Assembly: GCA_963817895.1 (NCBI GenBank)
Contig: CAWFQB010000014.1
Location: 352,001 to 416,000 of the forward strand
Length of the DNA stretch: 64,000 nucleotides
Origin: an uncultured Chthonomonadaceae bacterium
GTDB taxonomy: Bacteria > Armatimonadota > Chthonomonadetes > Chthonomonadales > Chthonomonadaceae
Direction of reading: 5' to 3'
Shown: piece after piece, positions 41,304 through 50,807 of the stretch
Layout: the number at the start of each line of letters is the position of its first letter
How positions within the stretch are numbered: the stretch's first letter is position 1
Made by a program: the position numbers and the translations under genes
The notes under the pieces: generated by a model
What the model was told of the DNA's origin: nothing
What the model saw: the letters and a program-made list of their open reading frames with translations, nothing else
Databases searched by the model: none

Positions 41304-43467
41304 CTACTCGAGTTCCACAACAAAGCCGCGCGGTCTGTCTACTGCGTTCGGAGGGATGTTGGACGTATCGTTCCAGCATCCCGGCCCCCAAAACTGCGCA
41401 TAATTTGAGTTCGGTGTGCCGTGATCGCCATTGGGTTCCTGAGGATTCCAGTTGGTATAGTTCCACGCTTCTCCTGTAACCCATGCCCAACCGGTTGCCG
41501 CGTTGCCGGGGTCCGCTCTCGCCAGGTCTTTGAACGCGCCTATCCAGTAAACCCCTTTTACCGCGTCAGGAAAATGTTGCGTGACAAACTGGCTCTCCTC
41601 GGCGGATGTGAGCGTCACCAGATGCCCGCGCCGACCACGATACGTCATTTTCTCCGCGAGCTTCTGCGTCTTGCCAGGTAATGTCTGCACTCAGTGTCAC
41701 TTGAGCGTACCAATGACCGTTCGCCGGAAACTGAACATAGGACGCCGCCGGCAGCGCAACTGTGCCGGTGGGTGTCGCCGCGTTAAGCGCCACAGTTGGC
41801 TGTGGCGCGGCCGGGTTCAGGTAAAAACCGAGACGCAACTCGTGTACAACGTCGCCGAAATACTCCTCCCAGGCGTCGCGCTTCAGGCGTCCCCCCGCCG
41901 TTATTAGTGGCCCCAGCAGGGCGCCCAACCGCGCATTCTCCTGCAATCGCCGCTGAAAAGTTTCCGTTGACAGTCCCGCCTCCGCCGCCGCCTGCGTAAT
42001 GTCCATTGTCGAATCGTAGCGGCCCTGCAAGGCATAGATTGGTTCGCGGGTAGTGACAGTCGCGCCCGTTTGGCGTACCGCGCCGGCAAACCGTTTTAGG
42101 TCCTCGTCCAGCGCGGCCTCCATCTTCGGCTTTTCGACGTAGAGGGCCAATGCATGGTCGTGGACGAGGTCGTTTTGTCCTCTCGGCATCGCGGTGAGCA
42201 CCGCCCGCATCGTATCTGCGAACCGCTTCATGCCCTGCGCGTGGCAGCTCATACAGGTCAGGCCATTGCGTACTACCGGGTCATTGGCATTCTCTTTGTT
42301 GCTCACAATGTCAATGGGGCCAGTGTCTATACGTTCACCGTTGGCATTCACCAACAGATAGGCTTGCAGGCCGTTCGGCAAATTGAAGATGATCTCGCCG
42401 CCTGCGGCCTCAAAGTCGAGAGGATGTTTGAAAATATTCTCTTTGCCCGCATTGTTCTTGAAATCGTAGGAACGCCAGTAGGCTCCATACGGCGACTCGT
42501 GCCGTTCCACCACGCGGTTATTGCGCGAAACGCCGCTTTCCTGCAACCCGGCGCGTAGCGCAGTCTCCCTTTTCTGATTTTTCTTGACGTCCACGCCGAG
42601 TTTCGCTTCCAGTTTTTGCGCCGTGTCGGGCAGGTCCAGCAATTCGTGATACAGCGGCGGCAACGCGGCCCGCGACACAAACCAGTCAGCGCGCACATAA
42701 GGCAACGGACAGTTCGTGGCGGCGTAGATGGCTTTTGCGGTCTGCGTTTCGGAGACAACAGCGTAGGGATAGGCCGCCAGCAGTTTCTTCCAGGTCTGCT
42801 CTGTCCACCAATACTTTCTCATATCAATTCGCAGGATGGTCTTGCCGGGGTCAATCGGCTGCGGCGCAGAAATCGTCTTCTGCCACGAGAGGCTGTTCAG
42901 CAGTTTCGACAGCCCAACGCGAAACGCCTGAACGTCGTCCTCGTTCACGCCTTCGTTGGCGAGATGCGTTAGCGTAAAGTAGCGCAGGTAGGGGCGATCA
43001 CGAACGCTTGCGCGGATCAGGTCCGCCTTGATTTCAAAAAGAATGTCGGCTTCGCTCAAATGCTTGTGCGCCGCGTCAGACTGTTCGGTCATAAGTTGAG
43101 GCGCGCCCGCCTCGATCCAGGCTTTGAGCGTCTTCTGTTCATCTTCGTTTAGCGGATTATTTTCACTGCGGGGCGGCATCGGATCGTTGAGGGAATTGAC
43201 GGCGCGAACAAACAGGCGTGATGCAGTGGGTTTTCCCGGTACGAGATACCCGTTGTCCACCATTGCCTTGTAGTCATGGAAGGTGAATCCCGCCATTTTG
43301 TCCTTGCCATGACATTTCGCGCAGTGCTTTTCAAGGATTGCGTAGGCTTTGGTCGCCAGGTCGGTGTTTTGCCGGGGCGCGGCAAGGCTATGCGATACCG
43401 CAACCGACATTAGCAGGCTTATCGCGGCGAGCGAGAGTAGAAAAGGCGCGGCAAGAATTTTGTTCAT
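41304..43467 (-). CDS. Secreted c-type cytochrome domain protein with C-terminal C-type-lectin-like domain; frameshift near 41680
   Basis: Signal peptide, CAKCH, MPP, later CMSCH; tail GHLVTLTSAEE..F...YWIG...W.WVTGE...YTNW...EPN...WND. Confidence 0.75.
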
Positions 43468-43596
43468 GGCGAGAAGAACCTTCGTATTGCAAGACAACAG
43501 GTTAATACGGACGGATACAGCAGATTGTTCGCGCTTGCTTTTCCATTGTGACATGAACGACTTGCTTTTCAGGCGATTTTGATTTGCAGTCACATA

Positions 43597-43745
43597 CTTG
43601 TAATATGTTGTGTCACAACATTACAGGGAGAAGGGTTCCGTCCGTACCGTAGACGATCTCTGCAAACTTGACGCAACGCAAATGGCTTTTGCCCCCGGAA
43701 AACGAAGCGTCGTGGTAGAACAGATACCACTTTCCCTGAAACTCC
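43597..43745 (-). repeat. Diverged duplicate of the GH43 gene 3' end (direct repeat of 49760-49908)
   Basis: Ungapped 149-bp match with an identical 43-bp core (43703-43745 = 49866-49908). Encodes EFQGKWYLFYHDASFSGGKSHLRCVKFAEIVYGTDGTLLPVML*. Confidence 0.9.
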
Positions 43746-43814
43746 TGTTTTTGGGCTTGGTCTTGCTTTGTCGTACCCGCTGAAACCAATGCGCGTTAAG
43801 GTTCATCGCAGAGA

Positions 43815-44771
43815 TCAAATGGGAGTGTTCGTGTCCGTTGCGGCGTCTTCATAGTGCTTCCAATCTACGCGCAGAATTTCATAGTGCAGGTCTGTCTTTT
43901 TTTTGGGTCTCGCCTGGGGCAATATCCCCTGCGTGAGCCATTCCTCCAGCCCGCTCCACGACTGATATTTGTGGTTACACTTCTCGGAGGCAATCTCTTC
44001 CAATGTGTCGGGACGTTCCCTGAGTCTTTGCTTGAATTCTGGATAAGCATTGCTGCTGTCGCCCAAATCTCGGTTCAAGTAAACAAGGAACGTGTCCTCT
44101 GCGCGGGCTTGAAGAGAAATACGCTTGACGCAATCCACCCATTTGCCCACTTCTTCCGTGACCCCTCCTTGCTCCCAGAAGTAGGAAAAATAAAAAACGA
44201 GTGTTCCTCCGTCTTTGACCGGGCAATCCACTTGCTCAATCCAGCGCGGATTTTTGATGTCGGGGTAGCATCCTCGAAAATGATCGCCAAAGAGATCCTT
44301 TTGGTTTTGCTTTGTGTGGAACTTCAAGGCGATGTCCGTCATAAAAGCCTGGAGGTCACACCCCACATAATCAAGCTCAAGCCGCTTTTTTGCAGGTAAA
44401 CTTTGCTGGAAATCCGCGAGAGCCAGACACGCGGTCATCGGACCACAGCCGACATCAATCATCCAAACATTCGCGGGCTTTTGATAGATGTAGGGCTTGA
44501 AAAATGTCTCATATTCGCGCTCAATCACCTTTTTGTTTCCGTCCACGTGCATCGGCATATAGGTATAACTGTATAACAACGCAAGCGCATGGGTTTGGCA
44601 AGGAGTTCGCGCGTACCCCAGTATTTTCATGCGGATATAATGATCAAACGACGAAAATTCGGTTCTGCTTTGCTGGTAGGCGACAAGATACTGATGGACT
44701 TCTTGATTGATTTCTTCGTCCTCACGCAACGGCTTCAACACAATATCGCGGAACGCTTCCTGATATCCCAT
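43815..44771 (-). CDS. Hypothetical protein, possible SAM-dependent methyltransferase fold
   Basis: MIDVGCGP motif I-like segment and LDYVGCD second strand; otherwise unrecognised. Confidence 0.5.
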   Translation of the reverse strand: MGYQEAFRDIVLKPLREDEEINQEVHQYLVAYQQSRTEFSSFDHYIRMKILGYARTPCQTHALALLYSYTYMPMHVDGNKKVIEREYETFFKPYIYQKPANVWMIDVGCGPMTACLALADFQQSLPAKKRLELDYVGCDLQAFMTDIALKFHTKQNQKDLFGDHFRGCYPDIKNPRWIEQVDCPVKDGGTLVFYFSYFWEQGGVTEEVGKWVDCVKRISLQARAEDTFLVYLNRDLGDSSNAYPEFKQRLRERPDTLEEIASEKCNHKYQSWSGLEEWLTQGILPQARPKKKTDLHYEILRVDWKHYEDAATDTNTPI

Positions 44772-45002
44772 TTTATTCTCCTGCTGCCCATCCTCCGAGA
44801 TGTCGAGCAGCCCATACACCTTTGCCTGAATGTTGGGCAGCGGCAAGGATTCGTGTAAAAAACCCACACTTTGGCAAATCGCTGCCCTGATGTCCGAAAA
44901 AAACGTCGCAGGATGGAACTGCGCTCAAGTGAGAAGAAAATGACAGAGGCGACTTTAGCATGGAGGCCATTGCGCCCCTTGTACCCCAACTGAACCCCAA
45001 TA

Positions 45003-47952
45003 CTATTCTTCGACCAGGGCGTATTGGATGGCCTCCTCCAGCGTCATCGCGCTGCCTGCATCCCAGGCTGCCGTAAATGCTTTCTCCCCTAGCAAGTCCC
45101 GCGCAATTGTCATCTCAAGCTCCTCTTCCTCGTGGGTATTTTGCTGTGAGGACGCCCCGATGGCTTCCCGCAACGCAGACACCGCGGATATTAGTCGAAC
45201 CGCGCGCTCGGCGCGCGGTTCTTTGACGGCAAGGGAGGCGAACCCATTGAGGCATGAGAGGACGCTGCTCTTGTCCCCCATTTCTCTCATAATCACCAGA
45301 CATTCTCCATACAGCGTCCGAGCAGCAGCGTAATCTTCCTGTAGGAGAGCCGTTGTGCCCAGACCGTGGAGGTTGGCGGCAGCGCTCCACTGGTCGCCGA
45401 ACTCCCGATTTAATACCAATCCTTCTTCAAACAGCCTCTGAGCCGCAGCGTAATCCCCCAACTGGATAACCACATTGCCCAGATTGCCCAGGGTGGTTGC
45501 AATGCCGCGTTTATGTCCCAACTCGCGACAGATCGCCAGACACTCTTCCTGCAGTGTTCGGGCCGCCGCATAATCCCCTTGCTCGAGGACAACGATACCT
45601 AGGTTTCCAAGCGCGTTGGCGATGCCGCGTTTATGTCCCAATCCCCGGCTTACGGTCAAACATTCTTCATGCGGCATCCGGGCGTTAGGATAGTCTCCCT
45701 GACGGAGGGCTAAAACGCCCGCTCCATTCAGCGCCTTAGTCCGCGCTGCGCTATAAGCGTCTTTTGCTGTGGCTTCCAACGCCGCCCTCAGCCGCCTCCG
45801 TCCCTCACTGAAATGGCTATGTATATCCCAAAACCGCCAGAGCGCTCCCGCAATGCGCAAGCTCGTCTCTTTGTCCTCTCCCTCCATTGCCACGCGCAGG
45901 TTGTCATGATCCGCTTCCAGTTTGTTCAGCCACAGTCCCTGATCCGCCTCCAGTAGTTTTGGTTCTGCCGCTTCTGCAAAAGCCAGGAAGTAAGCGGCAT
46001 GGCTCTGCCGCGCCGCTTCCCAACGCTGCGTCGCCTGTAACTGCTCCACCGCAAATTCTCGCAAAGGCTCCAGCAGACGGTAGCGCGTTTCCCCCTCTCG
46101 CTCCTCCATCAGCACCAACGAACGCTCCTGGAGTTCCAAAAGCGCTTCCAGCGCCTCCGGGTCACAAATCGCCTCCGCAGCCTCCAGGGGCCATCCTCCC
46201 CGAAACACGCCTAGACACGCAAAGAAATCACGCAGTTCAGGTCTGAGAAGGTCGAAACTCCACTCAATCGTTGCCCGTAAGCTTCGATGCCGCGCCGGCA
46301 GATCCCGCTGACGGCTTACCAACAGGTTCAACCGCTTATCCAGCCGTTCCATCAGGCTCTGCGGCGACAGCGTTCTGATCCATGCCGCCGCCATCTCAAT
46401 CGCAAGCGGAACCCCCTCCAGCATCCGGCATATCGTAGCGACAGGCGCGCAATTGCCATCCGAGAGATTGAAGTCAGGCTTCACCGCTCTGGCGCGCTCC
46501 GTGAAGAGGGCAACGCTTGCATTGTCCAGTAGAACCTCTGCCGAGAGTATATCCGCGGCGGGCACGGGCAGGGGCGAGAGCGCAAACTCCTGCTCGCCGG
46601 CAAGGCGCAATGCCTGCCGGGAAGTTGTTAGAATGACAAGTCCCGGTACCCTCGCGAGAAGCAGACGCACCAGAGCCGGTCCACTCCCCGCAAATACCTG
46701 GTCGCTTTTGTCCGGCCCCGGCGCTTCCCGCAGCAGATGCTCGAAGTTGTCCAGAACCAGCAGGCAGGGGCGTGTACCCAGCGCCTCCACCACCCGCTCA
46801 AAGGGATCGGAGACGGTATTGGAAGGCGGCAGCCTCAACGCGTTCAGCAGCATATAGGAGATAAAGCTGGGATGGGGCGCCTCCGCCAGCGAGACAAACC
46901 AGACCCGACCGGCGAACGCGGGCAGCACCTGCTCTGCTACGGCCACGGAGAGGCGCGTTTTGCCTACCCCGCCTGTGCCAAGCAGGGTCACCAGACGGAT
47001 TTCCGGGGACAGGAGCCGTTGGCACAGGTCTTCCCGCTCCCCTTCTCTGCCGACGAGGCGCGTTAGTTGCAGCGGCAGAGGGGGAGCGAGCAGGTCGGGC
47101 GTGGGGGAGGAAACGGCTTCCGCAGGGACCGCAGCAACGGGAGTTCTGGGGGGCGGAGCGGCAGGGCGGGGCTTCGCTCCTGAGATAGGCGGCCTCGCGC
47201 GAGGATCGTTTCGGATATGCTCGGCAAGGGCACGGGTCTCCGGCGAGGGCTGAGCGCCCATCTCCTTCTGGTAGAGCCGTTCCAGGTGACGATACACTTC
47301 CAGCGCGGCAGCAGGGCGATCCAGAAGCCGGTGCAGGCGCATCTGCGCGCGATAGGCCGCCTCTTCATAGGGATCGGCCTCCGTCATGCGTTGCGCCGCC
47401 GCCAGCGCCGCCGCGAGATCGCCACTCTCCTCTAAAGCCTCGGTCAGCAGTGCCAAAGCCTCCCGATAGGCTGTACGGCAGCGGTTCTGCTCTCCTATCG
47501 CCCAATCCTCATAGTTGCCAGACAGCAGATCGCCTTTATAAAACTCTACGATCCGCTGTAGCAGCGGCAGACGCGAAGCCGCTTCCTTAGTACGCTTCAC
47601 CTGTTTGATGAGGCGATCGAAATCAGCCAGATCCGTGGAGACGGCATTGGGATTGAGACGCTACCTGCTGGTGGTCGGAAATCAGCACGCTTTTGGCGGG
47701 CACTCCCGTCGGCTCCAGTTGACGCCGGAGTTGGGAGAGAGTGGTGCTGAGGTTATCACGCCCAACGGCGCTCTCCTTGTCGGACCAGAAGAGTTCGATG
47801 AGATGTTCTCGCGAACGCGCGTTGGGCAGGGAGAGCGCCAGGTAACTCAAGAGTGCGGCAGCCTTATGGCTGCGAAAGCGGGTGTGTACGATATTGTTTT
47901 GAGTGACGCGGAGCGCACCGAACAACTCAACATGACAGCGCGCATCCATCAA
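45003..47952 (-). CDS. AfsR/SARP-type regulator (wHTH, BTAD, STAND ATPase, TPR); frameshift near 47650
   Basis: VELFGAL...KAAALLSYLAL...SREHLIELFW; DPYEEAAYRAQMR; LVTLLGTGGVGKTRL; LLVLDNFEHL; GVPLAIEMAAA; TPR repeats. Confidence 0.9.
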
Positions 47953-48050
47953 GGGACTTCTCCTGGCGACAAAGCGATTTAGAACTTTATTTTCGATAAA
48001 CTGACAGAAAATTCCTGCCAGAGCCAGTTAGTCGGCAAAAGAGGCCATTT

Positions 48051-48084
48051 TGTTCGGAAAGTGTTCGGAATTGGTTAGTATACT
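48051..48084 (+). promoter_or_regulatory. Candidate SARP/AfsR operator and -10 element
   Basis: TGTTCGGAA at 48051-48059 and 48062-48070 (11-bp period), an 8-bp spacer, then TATACT at 48079-48084. Confidence 0.6.
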
Positions 48085-48315
48085 ACGCTCGTCACAGAAG
48101 CCCGCAAGGGTTTCTAACCTGGAGGGAAGACCCAATATTTGTTCAGTTTACCCTGAGAAATGTTGCGCTTTTGTGCAACAGCCCCTGCCGCGTTCTCTTC
48201 TGCCGCTATAGTGACCACAACGGTTTGCGCGTATTGGGCTGTTCCGCCGCATTCGCGTTTCGCATTCGGTTTGCTTTCGGTTCATCGCCTCATGTTTTGA
48301 AAGGATCTTTGCCCT

Positions 48316-49245
48316 ATGTCGCGTTTTTCTCTGCGCGCCGCCCTGACCGGCAGCTTCGCCTGTGCCGCCGCCCTTGCGCTTTCCCTTCTCTCCCCCGCCG
48401 CCCACGCGCAAACGCTTTACGTGACGGATTTCACGAGTTCCAGCAGCGGCGCCGTGTACGCCTTCGCCCTGGACGGAACGCGGTCTACGGTTGCAACAAA
48501 CCTCGCGCCGACTGGCATTGCCGTTGACCGCAGCGGCAACGTGTTTGTCAACGACCGCAACACCAACAGCATTGTCGAGATCACGCCCGGAGGAACGCAG
48601 TCCACCTTTACATTGCCTGGATCGTCCTACGTCCTCGACGGCCTCCACTTTGACAGCAGCGGCAATCTGTTCGCTGCCAACGTGGGCAACGGCACCGTGG
48701 ACGTCTTCGCCCCGGACGGAACGGCGTCCACGTTTGTATCGGGGCTGAACAACCCTGTTGACGTGGCTTTTGACCGCAGCGGCAACGTGTATGTGACTGA
48801 TAGCTTTCCTGGCAATGTCTATGAGTATTCGCCCGCCGGAACGCTGCTGTTCACGTTTGTAACCGGGGCCTTTTTTACTGCTGGCCTTGCCATTGACGGA
48901 AACGACAATCTGTTCGTGGCCGATATATTCAACAACAACATTCTCAAGTTCACGCCCGACGGAACGCTGACCACGTTTGCAACCGGATTGGGCTTTCCCT
49001 TCGGCCTTGCCTTTGCCCCGAATGGCGATTTGTTCGAGGCCGACTCTGTTACTGGCAACATCTTCCAGTTCACGCCGGGGGGAACGCAGTCTACGTTTGC
49101 ATCGGGACTGAGCAACCCAAGTTACCTCGCCTTCAGCCCTGCTGCCGTTCCCGAACCGGGCAGCCTCGGCCTGCTCGCCGGTGTCGGCGCAACCGGCGCG
49201 GGCCTGCTCCTGCGGCGGCGCAAACGTGCCGGACGCGCGGCCTGA
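48316..49245 (+). CDS. PEP-CTERM-sorted NHL-repeat (beta-propeller) surface protein
   Basis: Signal peptide ending AHA; repeats P.G.AFD.SGN.YV; tail VPEPGSLGLLAGVGATGAGLLLRRRKR. Confidence 0.92.
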   Translation: MSRFSLRAALTGSFACAAALALSLLSPAAHAQTLYVTDFTSSSSGAVYAFALDGTRSTVATNLAPTGIAVDRSGNVFVNDRNTNSIVEITPGGTQSTFTLPGSSYVLDGLHFDSSGNLFAANVGNGTVDVFAPDGTASTFVSGLNNPVDVAFDRSGNVYVTDSFPGNVYEYSPAGTLLFTFVTGAFFTAGLAIDGNDNLFVADIFNNNILKFTPDGTLTTFATGLGFPFGLAFAPNGDLFEADSVTGNIFQFTPGGTQSTFASGLSNPSYLAFSPAAVPEPGSLGLLAGVGATGAGLLLRRRKRAGRAA

Positions 49246-49295
49246 CCTGCTCGCGCCCCCTGAACAGTCGGAGCACAATCGAAAGCCACACAAAG

Positions 49296-49325
49296 CCGCG
49301 CCGCAGGGACAAACCTGCGGCGCGG
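49296..49325 (+). terminator. GC-rich hairpin after the PEP-CTERM gene
   Basis: ccgcgccgcagg-gacaaa-cctgcggcgcgg, 12-bp stem; no U-tract. Confidence 0.45.
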
Positions 49326-49775
49326 TAGCGTGTGGATTGGCGCAGGTTCCACAGCAAAGCGGGCAATTCCTGCGCATACGTAGTCCTTATCGGCAAAGTG
49401 CAAGTATGAATGGTGCTGCGCTCGAATATCTGCCGACGCGTGTACAGTTGGATCGTGCCTTGATGTAGGGTCATAGGAGCCAGGAAGCGGCCACACTGCT
49501 TTCGCGTATTTTCGCCTCTCAACGCGATAACAAAATGCGGTCGTAGAAGCTTTTTGATATTTGTTTGCCCGTCTCACAAACCCTCGTTTGTGAGTCAGAT
49601 GAGCAGCACACCGATAAATCTCCCGTTTGGGCGTTTGCCCTGTTTCTTTACTCATCTCAAAATCATTGTCTCATTGCAGAGGCAGGCAAGCGTTTGTGAC
49701 AGTCTAGAGGGAGAGCAGACAGATCAATTGCTTGATGACGCCAGGTAGGTAACCCCCGGCTTGTAAACTGTTGTG

Positions 49776-50736
49776 TCACAGCGTTACAGGGAACAGCGTT
49801 CCGTCCTCTCTATGGACGATCTCTGCAACATTGACGCAGCGCAAATGGCTTTTGCCTCCGGAAAGCGAAGCGTCGTGGTAGAACAGATACCACTTTCCCT
49901 GAAACTCCACAATGGAATGGTGGGTTGTCCAGCCGATTACCGGTTCCAGAATCCGCCCCCGGTAGGTGAACGGGCCGAACGGGTTATCGCCGGTCGCATA
50001 AACCAGATAGTGCGTGTCTCCCGTGGAATAAGAAAAGTAGTAGATGCCCTCTCGTTTGTGAACCCAGGCGGCCTCGAAGAAGCGGCGTTCGTGATCGTCC
50101 GCGCGCAGAGGCTGTCCTGCTGCATCCAGAATCGAAAGCGTCTTTACCTCGCCTGCAAAGGAGCGCATATCCGCAATTGAGTCGGGCAACGCGGGGCATC
50201 AGCGCCGGAACATCGCCGGACGGTTCCTGCCCTGCCGCATCGAAATCGCCTGAAGTCCAGCATTGCAGTTGTCCGCCCCATATTCCGCCGAAGTACAAAT
50301 ACGCCTGCCCGTCCTCGTCAACGAAGCAGCAGGGGTCAATACTGTAGCTTCCGGCAATCGGCTCCGGTTCTGCCGTGAACGGACCCTCCGGGGCCGAACT
50401 AACCGCGACTCCGATACGAAACAGGCCGTTCTTATCGCGAGCCGGAAAATACAGATAGTAGGTTTCCCCTTTCTTTGCCGCATCGGGCGCCCAGAGCTGC
50501 CGGGAAGCCCAGGGAATATCTTCCAGCGCCAGCGCGACGCCATGATCCGTCACCGGCCCGCCGATAGCGTCAAGGGAAAAGACGTGGTAATCGGCCATGT
50601 CGTACTGATCGCCGTTGTCATTTGCAGGTATGAGTGTCTCCCTGTCATGGGAGGGATAAATATACAGCCGTCCGTTGAAAACGTGGGCCGATGGGTCGGC
50701 GGTGAAAAGATGCGTTATCAGGGGTTGGTCAGGCAT
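49776..50736 (-). CDS. GH43 beta-xylosidase/arabinofuranosidase; frameshift near 50175
   Basis: TADPSAHVF..RLYIYPSHD, QLWAPDAA, SIDP, FGGIWGGQLQ, RRFFEAAW, GWTTHHSIVEF. Confidence 0.9.
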
Positions 50737-50807
50737 AGTTTGTACATAGTTTCCCTTGTTCTGTTCAGTAACCTGGATTGAAAATCCCTGGCAATGCTTG
50801 CGCGAGT

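Noticed and set aside
45410..45660. Near-duplicate DNA segments (atgccgcgtttatgtcccaa)
   Set aside because: Explained by TPR repeats of the SARP-type regulator.
48520..49110. Recurrent DNA motifs (gaccgcagcggcaacgtg, ggaacgcagtc)
   Set aside because: Explained by NHL repeats in the PEP-CTERM protein.
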